Assembly (NCBI GenBank): GCA_964575235.1
Contig: CAZNQG010000003.1
Coordinates: 1 to 59,692, forward strand
DNA length: 59,692 nucleotides
Direction of reading: 5' to 3'
From: an uncultured Bacteroides sp.
GTDB taxonomy: Bacteria > Bacteroidota > Bacteroidia > Bacteroidales > SM23-62
The notes beneath the pieces were generated by a model. It searched no databases, had not been told where the DNA came from, and saw only the letters and a list, made by a program, of their open reading frames with translations. The position numbers and the translations under genes are program-made. Of the stretch, positions 28,851 through 39,172 are shown one piece after another. Every line of letters starts with the position of its first letter. The stretch's first letter is position 1.

Positions 28851-31685
28851 ATGAAAAATGAACATCCGGTCCCGATGCTCCTTGCCATGTGGTCCTTGCT
28901 CTCAGCCCTGTATCCGGTACAGGCCCAGGAAGGAGGGAAACGGAATATGGATCATGGCATTTACGGGGACTGGAACGGCCTCCATGACATACGGATCTCA
29001 AACGACGGCCGCTGGGCGGCTTATGAGGTCAGGCCGGGACAGGGCGATGGGGTCCTCCACCTGGTAAACCTGCAGAGCCTCGGGGAGAAAACGTTCGAGC
29101 GGGGCAGCAATCCGCGTTTTTCGCCGGAATCAGACTACCTGGCATTCCGGATCAAACCGCCTTTCACCCTTGTCAGGAAAAAGAAAATGGAAAAAAAAGG
29201 TAAGGAAGCCATGCCGAAGGATTCCCTTGGCATCTACCGCCTCGGCCAGGATCTTCTTTCAAAGGTGCCCAGGGTAGAGGAATTCAGGGTACCCGACAAG
29301 GCATCGTCCTGGCTTGTCCTGAGGCATTACCATAAAACCGACACCGCATCGGCAGACACCAATGAATACGGCGTCAAACTGGCCATGCCGGAAGGCAAGC
29401 CATCGAAAATGGTGGTAATGGACCCGGTACGCAACGATAAGCATGAGTTCGAGAAGGTTTATGATTTTGAGATCTCGGAGGAGGGGAAGGCGGTGGTATT
29501 CAGCCGTTTTTTCCCCGCAAGGGACACCGTTCCCGGCCGGGCGGTCGAATACCTGGACCTGCGCAAAGGTTTGACGCAGGAGATCTTTGCCTCGGAAGGC
29601 AGCTACGGGAGAATGGGCATTGACCCGGAGGGAGAACAAGTGGCTTTCCTGCATCATCCCGACAGCGGCATAATGGTTGGACTGGACCTATACTACTGGT
29701 CCCCCGCCGGCAAAACAGCCCGGAAGATTGTAGACACCCTTTCCACCGGAATGCCGGAAGGGTGGGGGATCAGCAAGCATGCCGGACCCTGGTTCTCGGG
29801 GGACGGATCCCGGCTTTATTTCGGAACGGCGCCGCTTTGCCCGCCGGAAGCGAAAGATACGCTTCCGGAAGAGGAGAAATACCGGGTAGACATCTGGAAC
29901 TGGCAGGACGGCCTGCTGCAGTCCATGCAGTTGAAACAACTGGAGCGGGAGCGCAAGCGCACGCATCTGGCCGTATGGCATGTGGGCACAGAGGTCATGG
30001 TGCAACTCGGAGGTCCGGAACTTGAATCGGTCATTACTATGCATAGAGGCAATGGAGACCTGGCGCTGGGCGCATCTTCCATTCCTTACCACAAGCTGAT
30101 TTCATGGGAAACCTACCGATATCAGGATTTTTACCTGATCGATACCCGTTCGGGCAGCAGGGAAGTGATCCTGAAGAAGAAACCGTTCGGGGCGGAATTG
30201 TCACCGGGCGGCCGGTACCTGGCCTGGTATGAACCGGAGGACAGCAATTACTACGCTCACGGTGTGGAGTCCGGCGGATTGGTCTGCCTGACATGCGGAA
30301 TCGAAGATGCATTCTATGACGGGGAACGGGATATTCCGGCCGTGCCCAGGCCATACGGCATCGCAGGTTTCACGGAAGGGGATAAAGGCGTTCTTCTGAA
30401 CGCAAGATACGACATCTGGAAGACGGACCCCGCGGGTAAAAAACTGCCGGTAAACCTCACTCTGAATTCCGGGACGCAGACCGGCACGGAATACCGTTAC
30501 CGGCACCTTGAATACGACGATCCCTTTATCCCCTTGAAGAAGTCCATTTTTCTGGAAGGATTCAACGATCGCAGCAAAGAGACGGGCATCTACGAAGCCA
30601 GCGCCCTGATCAGCATGAAACCCAGGGCACTCGTGCAGGGAAGGTACCGTTACGAACTGCTTGCCAGGGCAAGGGATGCAGATATCCTTTTATGGCGCAA
30701 GGGGGATTTCGACGAGTACCCGGATGTATACGTCAGCGACCCGGAGTTCAGGGAAAGGTCAAGGATCTCCGATGCCAACCCGCAGGCTACAGATTTTTAC
30801 TGGGGAAATCCCCGGCTCGTCCGCTGGAAATCATACAGCGGCGAGGACCTGGAAGGGATCCTTTATGTGCCGGAGGATTTCGATCCTACGCGGGAATACC
30901 CCATGCTGGTCTATTTTTATGAAAAAAGATCAGACCGGCTTTACCGGCATGTGAGTCCCACTCCAAGCCGCTCAACCATCAATTTCGCCTGGTGCGTGAG
31001 CAACGGGTACGTGGTATTCGTCCCGGACGTTACCTACCGGGAAGGGCATCCGGGACAGAGCGCCTACGATGCCGTGGTGAGCGGTACCCTGGCCATGTGT
31101 GAACAATTACCATTCATCGATCGGGATAACATCGGTATTCAGGGACACAGCTGGGGGGGATACCAGGTTGCATGGATCCTGACCCGGACGGATCTTTACA
31201 GGGCTGCGATGGCGGGCGCACCGGTGGCGAACATGACCAGCGCCTACGGCGGAATACGATGGCAATCAGGGGCCAGCAGGATGATGCAGTATGAGAAAGG
31301 GCAGAGCAGGATAGGGGGTACCCTCTGGGAGCGGCCGGACCTTTACCTGGAGAATTCTCCCATTTTCCGCGTGCCGGATATACAAACCCCGCTGCTGATC
31401 ATGCACAACGATGCGGATGGCGCTGTTCCATGGAGCCAGGGCATAGAGCTTTTCGTTGCCATGCGCCGGCTTCAAAAGCCGGCCTGGATGCTGGTATACA
31501 ACGATGAAGCGCACAACCTCAGGAACTGGCCCAACCGGGTAGACCTGAGCATCCGGATGATGCAGTTCTTCGACCATTACCTGAAAGGAGAACCCGCACC
31601 GGCCTGGATGAGCGAGGGGATACCTGCACTGGAGAAAGGAAAGGTGGATGGTTATGAGCCTGTAATTAATACGGGGGGGGATTGA
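28851..31685 (+). CDS. Exported S9 (prolyl oligopeptidase/acylaminoacyl peptidase family) peptidase
   Basis: Signal peptide ending VQA-Q; beta-propeller repeats; GHSWGG, DGAV and EAH triad; start 28851 or 28839. Confidence 0.9.
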   Translation: MKNEHPVPMLLAMWSLLSALYPVQAQEGGKRNMDHGIYGDWNGLHDIRISNDGRWAAYEVRPGQGDGVLHLVNLQSLGEKTFERGSNPRFSPESDYLAFRIKPPFTLVRKKKMEKKGKEAMPKDSLGIYRLGQDLLSKVPRVEEFRVPDKASSWLVLRHYHKTDTASADTNEYGVKLAMPEGKPSKMVVMDPVRNDKHEFEKVYDFEISEEGKAVVFSRFFPARDTVPGRAVEYLDLRKGLTQEIFASEGSYGRMGIDPEGEQVAFLHHPDSGIMVGLDLYYWSPAGKTARKIVDTLSTGMPEGWGISKHAGPWFSGDGSRLYFGTAPLCPPEAKDTLPEEEKYRVDIWNWQDGLLQSMQLKQLERERKRTHLAVWHVGTEVMVQLGGPELESVITMHRGNGDLALGASSIPYHKLISWETYRYQDFYLIDTRSGSREVILKKKPFGAELSPGGRYLAWYEPEDSNYYAHGVESGGLVCLTCGIEDAFYDGERDIPAVPRPYGIAGFTEGDKGVLLNARYDIWKTDPAGKKLPVNLTLNSGTQTGTEYRYRHLEYDDPFIPLKKSIFLEGFNDRSKETGIYEASALISMKPRALVQGRYRYELLARARDADILLWRKGDFDEYPDVYVSDPEFRERSRISDANPQATDFYWGNPRLVRWKSYSGEDLEGILYVPEDFDPTREYPMLVYFYEKRSDRLYRHVSPTPSRSTINFAWCVSNGYVVFVPDVTYREGHPGQSAYDAVVSGTLAMCEQLPFIDRDNIGIQGHSWGGYQVAWILTRTDLYRAAMAGAPVANMTSAYGGIRWQSGASRMMQYEKGQSRIGGTLWERPDLYLENSPIFRVPDIQTPLLIMHNDADGAVPWSQGIELFVAMRRLQKPAWMLVYNDEAHNLRNWPNRVDLSIRMMQFFDHYLKGEPAPAWMSEGIPALEKGKVDGYEPVINTGGD

Positions 31686-31689
31686 AGGC

Positions 31690-32385
31690 ATGCTGAACCT
31701 GATCCGGAAATACAGGCTGGGCTTTTTATTGTACGGCACCGTAGCCGCCGCGGCTCTGTTATTGATCCTTTCCGTTCCCAGGCTGGAACTGCATGTCCTT
31801 ATGAACCGAGGCCATACGGACTTCCTGGATGCGTTTTTCCGCATCGTTACCTGGCTTGGTGATGGTTGGTTTGCCGGGGCCCTTTGCCTGATATTCCTTT
31901 TTATCCGCTTCCGCTATTCGTTCATGCTGATCCTTTCGTTCAGCATATCCGGCCTCCTGGCCCAGTTGCTGAAACACCTGGTCTTTCCGGATGCGGACAG
32001 ACCCTCTGCTTTTCTGGAGCAAATGGGAGAACTACAGACCGTCCCAGGTGTTGAATTGTTCCGGTCCCACAGCCTCCCTTCCGGGCATGCTACCACAGCC
32101 TTTGCCGTTCTGCTTCTGATCGGGTTCATATCGGGGAACCGGCCGGCATTCTTCTTTTTAACCATACTGGCCTGGTGCGTGGCATTTTCAAGGGTCTATC
32201 TTTCCCAGCATTTTCTGGTCGATGTATGGGCCGGTTCTTTCATCGGAACGCTTTCCGCTTTGTTTTTTTATTGGTATTTTCAAACCCTGAACCCGGAGTG
32301 GATAGACGGCTCGCTGTTGAGCCTTTTGAAAAGCAGGAAAAAACACGGAACCCCGCATGGGAAAGCACCGAACCATCATCCTTGA
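31690..32385 (+). CDS. PAP2-family membrane phosphatase
   Basis: K-x-RP (KHLVFPDADRP), PSGH, SRVYLSQHF..D; multiple TM helices. Confidence 0.9.
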   Translation: MLNLIRKYRLGFLLYGTVAAAALLLILSVPRLELHVLMNRGHTDFLDAFFRIVTWLGDGWFAGALCLIFLFIRFRYSFMLILSFSISGLLAQLLKHLVFPDADRPSAFLEQMGELQTVPGVELFRSHSLPSGHATTAFAVLLLIGFISGNRPAFFFLTILAWCVAFSRVYLSQHFLVDVWAGSFIGTLSALFFYWYFQTLNPEWIDGSLLSLLKSRKKHGTPHGKAPNHHP

Positions 32386-34039
32386 GCTGCTGATTGCCCT
32401 TGGAGCCCTGCTCCTGTTCATCCCATTCCTGGGGGGACTGAACCTTTTTGACTGGGATGAAATCAATTTTGCCGAATCCGCCAGGGAAATGATCCTGACG
32501 GGAAATTACCTGACCGTGCAAATTGATTTCGTGCCTTTCTGGCAAAAGCCCCCCATGTTCATCTGGATGCAGGTGCTTTCCATGAAAGCATTCGGAATCA
32601 ACGAATTTGCAGCCCGGTTCCCGAATGTGATCTGCGGGGCGGTTACGCTTCTGGCATTGTTCCGCACCGGAAAGCGAATCTACGACGAAGAATTCGGCTG
32701 GTTATGGATGCTGGCCTACGTGGGTTCCATACTCCCTTTCCTGTATTTCAAGTCCGGCATCATCGATCCCTGGTTCAACCTGTTCATATTTACGGCCCTG
32801 TTGAGGATGATCTGGTTCCTGGAGGCGGAACGCGGACAAAAACGCTGGCAGGACCTGGTGCTTTCCGCTGTCCTGCTGGGAATGGCCAACCTGACCAAGG
32901 GACCGGTTTCCGTGCTTCTTTTCGGCCTGACCATTGCCGCCTTCTGGGTACTTCATAAATTCAGGCTGAGGGTATTGTGGACCGAAATACTGGCTTTTCT
33001 GGGTGTCCTGGCGCTGGTCGGGGGACTATGGTTCATTCTCCAGATCGCCATCGGAAATTTCCACATCATCATCGAATTCATCCGCTACCAGTTCCGCCTG
33101 ATGCTGACACGGGATGCCGGGCACGGCGGTTTTTTGTTTTACCATTTTATCGTGTTGCTGTTCGGGGTCTTCCCGGTTTCGGTATTCGCGCTGAAAGGAT
33201 TCCGCAGGAGCTATTACGATTCGAATTTCCAGAAACGGTTCAAGGTATGGATGATCCTCCTTTTCTGGGTGGTCCTCATCGTTTTTACCCTGGTCAGGAC
33301 CAAGATCATCCATTATTCGAGCCTGTGCTATTTCCCGTTGACCTTCCTGGGTGCCTATGTCATATACAAGATCATACACAGGCGCATCAGGAACTACCGC
33401 TGGCTGAACATAATCTATGCTGCAGTCGGGATCCTGATAGGGATCTCGGTCACCGCAGCCCCGATCCTGGCATCCAGGATGGACTGGCTGATCGGGCTTG
33501 GATTCTTCAGGGATCCGTTTGCCCGGGCTAATGCTCTTGCAGACGTTCACTGGTCGGGATATGAATCCCTCATCGGGATCCTGTTCATCCTGGGAATCGC
33601 GGTGTCGCTCCTGCTTCTGAAGCGGAACCGGAAGAATGCCTATATCCTGATGCTGCTTAATGTAACGGTTTTCCTGAATCTCGTGCTCATATTCACCGCG
33701 GACAAGATTGAAGGATATTCACAGCGGGCGCTGATCGATTTCTGCAAGGAGCGCAGGGGGGAGGAGTGCTATGTTTCAACGCTGGGAATGAAGAGTTATG
33801 CCCATTTATTCTACACCGAAAAGCCCGTACCGGAAAGCGAAAATGCGGGCAATCCGGACTGGCTGCTGAACGGAGATATCGACAGGCCCGCATACTTCAT
33901 CCTCCGCAGCAAAACCCTGGATAATTTCCGCCGGCAATACCCCGGTCTTGAACTGCTTTACGAAAAGAACGGATTTTCATTCTGCATAAGGGAACCATCC
34001 GGACCTGTCATCAAAACCGAGGGGGATGATCAGGGATAA
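32357..34039 (+). CDS. ArnT/PMT-like GT-C glycosyltransferase
   Basis: DWDEINFAESAREM, QKPP, ARFP, LTKGP; many TM helices. Confidence 0.88.
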   Translation: MGKHRTIILELLIALGALLLFIPFLGGLNLFDWDEINFAESAREMILTGNYLTVQIDFVPFWQKPPMFIWMQVLSMKAFGINEFAARFPNVICGAVTLLALFRTGKRIYDEEFGWLWMLAYVGSILPFLYFKSGIIDPWFNLFIFTALLRMIWFLEAERGQKRWQDLVLSAVLLGMANLTKGPVSVLLFGLTIAAFWVLHKFRLRVLWTEILAFLGVLALVGGLWFILQIAIGNFHIIIEFIRYQFRLMLTRDAGHGGFLFYHFIVLLFGVFPVSVFALKGFRRSYYDSNFQKRFKVWMILLFWVVLIVFTLVRTKIIHYSSLCYFPLTFLGAYVIYKIIHRRIRNYRWLNIIYAAVGILIGISVTAAPILASRMDWLIGLGFFRDPFARANALADVHWSGYESLIGILFILGIAVSLLLLKRNRKNAYILMLLNVTVFLNLVLIFTADKIEGYSQRALIDFCKERRGEECYVSTLGMKSYAHLFYTEKPVPESENAGNPDWLLNGDIDRPAYFILRSKTLDNFRRQYPGLELLYEKNGFSFCIREPSGPVIKTEGDDQG

Positions 34040-34796
34040 GAAAATAACGGTGGTCCTGCCGGCTTACAACGCAGAGAAAACCCTTCAGCGGACCTTCAGG
34101 GAAATTCCCTTCGACATTGTGGATCATGTGATTCTTGTGGATGACAAAAGCAGTGACAAAACCCTGATGGTGGCACGGGAGCTGGGCATTGACCATATCA
34201 TCGAACATGAACAGAACCTGGGTTACGGGGGGAACCAGAAATCCTGTTACCGGAAGGCACTGGATATCAACTCCGATATCGTGGTCATGCTGCATCCCGA
34301 TTACCAGTATGACCCCAGGCTGATTCATTCCATGTGTTACCTGATCGCCAACGGGGTTTACGAAGTCGTTATGGGCTCCAGGGTCCTGGGAAAGGGCGCC
34401 CTGAGGGGCGGCATGCCGTTCTATAAATATCTTGCCAACCGCTTCCTGACCCTTTTCCAGAACCTTATGATGAAACAGAAACTGTCTGAGTACCACACCG
34501 GGTACCGCGCCTTTTCATCCGGTGTTCTTCGATGTATAAACTTCCATGAGAATTCGGACGATTTCGTTTTCGACAACCAGATGCTGGCCCAGATATTCTA
34601 CGCAGGTTACGAAATTGCAGAGATTACATGTCCCACGAAATATTTCGACGAAGCCTCCTCCATCAATGTGAAGAGGAGTATAAAATACGGATTGGGGGTC
34701 CTTGGCGTCTCCCTGGCTTACTTCCTGGCCAGGAAGGGTATCCGAAAAAGCAGGATTTTTCGTCAACCTTCCGGGGACCGGATTTTCAAGCATTAA
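34026..34796 (+). CDS. GT2 polyprenyl-phosphate glycosyltransferase (DPM1/ArnC-like)
   Basis: VVLPAYNA, VDDKSSD, NLGYGGNQK, HPDYQY, GSR, HTGYRAF. Confidence 0.9.
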   Translation: MIRDKKITVVLPAYNAEKTLQRTFREIPFDIVDHVILVDDKSSDKTLMVARELGIDHIIEHEQNLGYGGNQKSCYRKALDINSDIVVMLHPDYQYDPRLIHSMCYLIANGVYEVVMGSRVLGKGALRGGMPFYKYLANRFLTLFQNLMMKQKLSEYHTGYRAFSSGVLRCINFHENSDDFVFDNQMLAQIFYAGYEIAEITCPTKYFDEASSINVKRSIKYGLGVLGVSLAYFLARKGIRKSRIFRQPSGDRIFKH

Positions 34797-34813
34797 TCCA
34801 AAAGATTATTACC

Positions 34814-35932
34814 ATGAAGAACAGGAATTTCATCAGCAGTTTGATTCCCGGTGTGGCAACGATGCTTGCCGCCGGCCTGCTCATATCCTCCTGCAGGCAG
34901 GAAAAAAAACCACAGGCCGGTGAGACGGAGGCCCCGGCATCCCTGAAAAAGGGAGTTATCCTGGTGGATTACCGGGAAAAAAGGCGGGTGGATGTCTTTC
35001 TGGACGGGGATATATTTACTTCCTGTATATACCCCTCAGGTATAGCCAAACCGGTCCTGTTCCCGGTTCGTGCAGCCGGAGGGACCGGGATTACCAGGGG
35101 GTATCCCCTGGAACCAAGGCAAGGGGAGAGGGTGGACCATCCGCATCATGCCGGGGTATGGTTCGCTTTCGGCGACGTGAACGGATATGATTTCTGGAAC
35201 AGTTCCGGCAAACCGGGGGATGAGGTGAAAGCAAGACGCTGCCGTGTACTGCACCGTGGCGTGAAACGGGCGGAAAGCCGGGAGGATCTCGGCGTGCTTG
35301 AAACGGCCGCCGACTGGCAGACAGCAGAGGGGGACGGATCCTGGCGAACCATCCTGCAGGAGCAGACCGTGTACGAATTCAGCGGCGGGGAGCATACCCG
35401 GACCATCGACCGAATCACACAGCTCACGGCCCAGGAAGAAGAGGTCGTTTTCTCGGACAGCAAGGAAGGATTATTTGCCATCCGGGTATGCAGGCAGATG
35501 GAACATCCTTCAAACGAACCCGCCGTTCTCACCGGTCCCGATGGAATGCCCATGCAGGAAGCGGTCGTCAGCAAGGAAGGCGTGAGCGGTCGCTACCTGA
35601 ATTCCGAGGGCGTGGAAGGCACCGAAGCCTGGGGAAAAACGGCAAGGTGGGTCGCACTCTACTCCATCCTGGATGGGGAGAGGATAACCCTTGCCATATT
35701 TGACCACCCGGAAAATTACGGGTACCCTTCGCACTGGCATACAAGGGATTATGGCTTGTTCGCCGTAAATAACCTGGGTGCAAGGGCTTTCGATGAGAGC
35801 GCCCAGCCTGTGGAATACCGGCTGCAGCCCGGCGAGTCCATGATCTTCAAGCACCGGCTCCACATCGTATCCGGATCCCATGCGGACGCAGAGGAACTCG
35901 AGCGGGTGTTCGAAGATTTCTCAAAGCGCTGA
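34814..35932 (+). CDS. Lipoprotein of the 'PmoA family'/DUF6807 type (unknown function)
   Basis: Lipobox ISSC; DHPHH.G.WF, DHPEN, WHTRDYGLFA motifs; start MKNRNF at 34814. Confidence 0.7.
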   Translation: MKNRNFISSLIPGVATMLAAGLLISSCRQEKKPQAGETEAPASLKKGVILVDYREKRRVDVFLDGDIFTSCIYPSGIAKPVLFPVRAAGGTGITRGYPLEPRQGERVDHPHHAGVWFAFGDVNGYDFWNSSGKPGDEVKARRCRVLHRGVKRAESREDLGVLETAADWQTAEGDGSWRTILQEQTVYEFSGGEHTRTIDRITQLTAQEEEVVFSDSKEGLFAIRVCRQMEHPSNEPAVLTGPDGMPMQEAVVSKEGVSGRYLNSEGVEGTEAWGKTARWVALYSILDGERITLAIFDHPENYGYPSHWHTRDYGLFAVNNLGARAFDESAQPVEYRLQPGESMIFKHRLHIVSGSHADAEELERVFEDFSKR

Positions 35933-35952
35933 TAGTATAGCCTGCAGTCAGC

Positions 35953-36993
35953 TCAAAGCGGTATCCTGCATCCCTTTTCATTACTTTCACAGGCTGCTTC
36001 GATCACGCGTATGACCAGGTTTGCCTGCAATGCCGTGACCGCAGGCTCCGTTTTTTCAGTGAGTGCCCTGTAAATGCTGTCGTAATAGGCAGGATAGCAT
36101 CCCGGCAGGGTTTCGTATTTCCCGCGGAATTCTTTTTCCCCGTTTCCGGCATGCAGCACACCCCAATGCGATTCGGGTTCTTTCCCCCATTCATCTCCAA
36201 GGGGCCAGATCCCGTTTTTCAGGGCATTTTCCTGGGGATCCAGCCCGTGCTTCAGAAAGGATCCTTCCGTGCCGTGGAGGTAGTAACGGGGACCCGCCTC
36301 GCGGACCAGGTAGCTTGCCTTCAGGGTTACGTTAATGCCCGGATAGCCGAGCAGGATCGTGAAGGCATCGTCAACCCTGCCCCCATCCCTCTGCGTCCTG
36401 ATATCGGCATATACATAGCCGGGTTTCCCGAACAGGACGAGGGCCTGGTCGATCAAATGCGAGCCGAGATTGTACAGGGTACTGCCGGATCCCTTTTCCT
36501 CTTTCCAGGTATCTTCCTGGATGAAATTCCGGAACCGGTCAAAATGAGCTTCATATTCCACCAGCCTTCCAAGCACCCCTTCCTCCAGGATCTTCTGCAC
36601 CGTCAGGAAGTCTCCGTCCCACCTCCGGTTATGGAATACACTGAGCAATAATCCCTTCTTACCGGCCAGGTCGATCAGGATCTCTCCTTCCCGGCTATCC
36701 TTTACAAAGGGCTTTTCCACCACGACGTTCTTTCCGGCTTCGAGTGCCTGGTGTGTCATTTCAAAGTGCAGGGGATCGGGGGTGTTCACAACCAGAAGTT
36801 CGATCCTGTCATCCTTCAGCAAATCCCGGTAATCCCTTACGACCTTAACATCCGGGTAGCGTTCCGCGGAAAGTTTCCTGCTCCTTTCCAGGATCGATAC
36901 GATCTCAAAGCCGGGATTCACATGCAGCAGGGGTGCATGAAAAACCAGACCCGACATGCCGTAGGAAGCCACTCCCACTCCAATTCTCTCCAT
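35953..36993 (-). CDS. Gfo/Idh/MocA oxidoreductase (YdgJ/IolW-like)
   Basis: YGMSGLVFHAP, VEKP, FHNRRWDGDF, LGSHLIDQ, GLDPQE. Confidence 0.88.
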   Translation of the reverse strand: MERIGVGVASYGMSGLVFHAPLLHVNPGFEIVSILERSRKLSAERYPDVKVVRDYRDLLKDDRIELLVVNTPDPLHFEMTHQALEAGKNVVVEKPFVKDSREGEILIDLAGKKGLLLSVFHNRRWDGDFLTVQKILEEGVLGRLVEYEAHFDRFRNFIQEDTWKEEKGSGSTLYNLGSHLIDQALVLFGKPGYVYADIRTQRDGGRVDDAFTILLGYPGINVTLKASYLVREAGPRYYLHGTEGSFLKHGLDPQENALKNGIWPLGDEWGKEPESHWGVLHAGNGEKEFRGKYETLPGCYPAYYDSIYRALTEKTEPAVTALQANLVIRVIEAACESNEKGCRIPL

Positions 36994-37093
36994 ACTGGAC
37001 AACTTTAATGCCCGAAAAATACGCAAAGCCGGCAAGATTATGAATTATACTGTGTATTTTTAACCTCCTTTTTCATACTAAAAAAGAAATAAC

Positions 37094-38170
37094 ATGAAAT
37101 CTGTTATCATTAAATTACTGTATGCATCTACACTGCTTGTTTTAATTGCAGGCTGCAGCCCGACCGAACGGCCGGCTCATCCCAGGAACATCATCCTCAT
37201 GATCGGGGATGGCATGGGAACCTCCCATGTATACGCCGGCATGATGGCCAACGGAGGGCATCTGAACCTGGAGCGCTGCGAGTACATCGGATTCCAAAAA
37301 ACCTATTCCTCCGACTCGGATATAACGGATTCGGGTGCCAGCGGGACGGCCATTGCGACGGGGATCAAAACACGCAACGGGTCGATCGGAGTGGATGAGA
37401 ACGGGAACCCGGTCAAAAGCATTCTTGAGCTGGCGGAGGAAGAGGGCCTTGCTACGGGCCTGCTGGCAACATCCACCATTTCCCATGCAACACCGGCATC
37501 CTTTGCCGCGCACAACGCGGATCGAGGCAAATACGAAGAAATTGCCGTGGACATATGCCGTTCCGGCGTGGATGTGATCATCGGAGGGGGAAGGAACCAC
37601 TTTAATAAGCGTACCGACGGAATGAACCTGCTGGATACCCTGGTTGCGAAAGGCTATTTTGTAGGCCGGCAACTCGGGGAAATTTCCCCGGAACACAGTG
37701 GTCCCATAGCAATTCTGGCCGATACCATGGCGCTGCCGCCTGCCGTTCTGGGAAGGGACGACCTTCTCGCACAGGCTACCATACTGGCCGTTGACAGGCT
37801 TTCGCGAAATCCTGAAGGTTTCTTCCTGATGGTGGAAGGTTCCCAGATCGACTGGGCCGGGCATGCGAACCATACCGAATACCTGATCACGGAAGTGATC
37901 GATTTTGACCAGGCGATCGGCGCAGCCATTGACTTCGCCAAGAAAGACGGACGGACACTGGTAATCGTTACGGCAGATCATGAGACCGGAGGGTTTTCCA
38001 TCCTGAAAGGCGGTCCCGGTGACCCGGAGGTGGAAGGAGCCTTTTCATCCAAGGGACATACCGGGGTCATGGTGCCGGTATTCGCCTTTGGGCCCGGAGC
38101 GGAGAACTTCACAGGCATCTATGAGAATACCGGGATTTTTGATAAAATGAAAGATCTCCTGGGACTTTGA
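37094..38170 (+). CDS. phoA: Alkaline phosphatase (PhoA type), lipoprotein
   Basis: Lipobox IAGC; IGDGMG, TDSGA (catalytic Ser), HATPA, EGSQIDWAGH, ADHETGG, HTG. Confidence 0.9.
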   Translation: MKSVIIKLLYASTLLVLIAGCSPTERPAHPRNIILMIGDGMGTSHVYAGMMANGGHLNLERCEYIGFQKTYSSDSDITDSGASGTAIATGIKTRNGSIGVDENGNPVKSILELAEEEGLATGLLATSTISHATPASFAAHNADRGKYEEIAVDICRSGVDVIIGGGRNHFNKRTDGMNLLDTLVAKGYFVGRQLGEISPEHSGPIAILADTMALPPAVLGRDDLLAQATILAVDRLSRNPEGFFLMVEGSQIDWAGHANHTEYLITEVIDFDQAIGAAIDFAKKDGRTLVIVTADHETGGFSILKGGPGDPEVEGAFSSKGHTGVMVPVFAFGPGAENFTGIYENTGIFDKMKDLLGL

Positions 38171-38181
38171 TCCCCGACTCG

Positions 38182-39105
38182 ATGCATCGGTATTTCAGGC
38201 ATATGGTTTTTGCCATCACCGAGTGCCTGGCCTGCTTTGTCCTGCTTGCAGGATGCGGCGTGAGGGACCGCGGCGGACGCGAAGGCTCACGGGCCGACCT
38301 CCCCGAACTGGAAACGCACGTGCGCAACCTGGACGATATGCTGATGGAGAACTCGGGACTGATACTTCACGGGGGCAGGTTGTGGACCATAAACGACAGC
38401 GGGGGTGACCCTATCCTTTTTTCTATGGACATTCAGACCGGAAAGGCTCTTCAGGCAATCCGCGTTGCCAACGGAGACAATGTGGACTGGGAATCCCTGG
38501 CCCAGGATGAAGAATACATCTATATCTGCGATATGGGCAATAATTTCGGTCGCAGGAACTCTCTGGTGGTCTACCGGATCCCCAAAGACTCCATTCCTTC
38601 CTCCGGAAATGCCAGCGTTCATGCCGACATCATCGAATACCGGTACCGGGGTATGGAAAGAAGCGAACAGGCCTTCCACAGGAGCAGGTTCGACGGCGAG
38701 GCGGCATTCGTCTTCGGCGACAGCCTGTATCTGTTTACAAAGGACTGGGAAAACATGTCCACGACACTCTATACATGCAGTACACAGCCCGGATCGTACA
38801 TCCTGGATCCACGCCGGACATACGATATCGACGGTCTGGTGACGGGAGCGGACATCAGCCCGGACGGGCGGTATTTCGTACTCTGCGGATACAGGGATTA
38901 CGTCCCTTTCGTATGGCTCTTCCAGGATTTCAATCCATCGGACTATTCCTGCCGCAATGCCCTTCGAATTGATTTTCCGGCCTTTCTGAACCTGCAGACG
39001 GAGGGAATTGCGTTCGAGTCCCCGGAACGGGTATTCATTTCCAGTGAAATGAGTGATTTCCCGGCCTCCCTTTACCGATTGGATCTTCGTTCCTGCGTGA
39101 AATGA
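38182..39105 (+). CDS. Hypothetical beta-propeller lipoprotein
   Basis: Lipobox LAGC; ENSGL, WTINDSG, DWE, DMGNN, QTEGI repeat-like motifs; start uncertain (38167/38182/38203). Confidence 0.65.
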   Translation: MHRYFRHMVFAITECLACFVLLAGCGVRDRGGREGSRADLPELETHVRNLDDMLMENSGLILHGGRLWTINDSGGDPILFSMDIQTGKALQAIRVANGDNVDWESLAQDEEYIYICDMGNNFGRRNSLVVYRIPKDSIPSSGNASVHADIIEYRYRGMERSEQAFHRSRFDGEAAFVFGDSLYLFTKDWENMSTTLYTCSTQPGSYILDPRRTYDIDGLVTGADISPDGRYFVLCGYRDYVPFVWLFQDFNPSDYSCRNALRIDFPAFLNLQTEGIAFESPERVFISSEMSDFPASLYRLDLRSCVK

Positions 39106-39172
39106 ACCAGGATTTCATACATTTGTTATGCAACCAAGGTCCGGGTGGCATGGTTTGTGCAACTGCTGTATT

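Noticed and set aside
31673-31680. G8 tract as a phase-variation site before the PAP2 cassette
   Set aside because: Falls in the last codons of the S9 gene, so slippage would alter only the tail; no supporting evidence
34814-35932. 'PmoA family' label suggesting methane oxidation
   Set aside because: Soluble lipoprotein without pMMO transmembrane helices and no pmoB/pmoC; the family name is misleading
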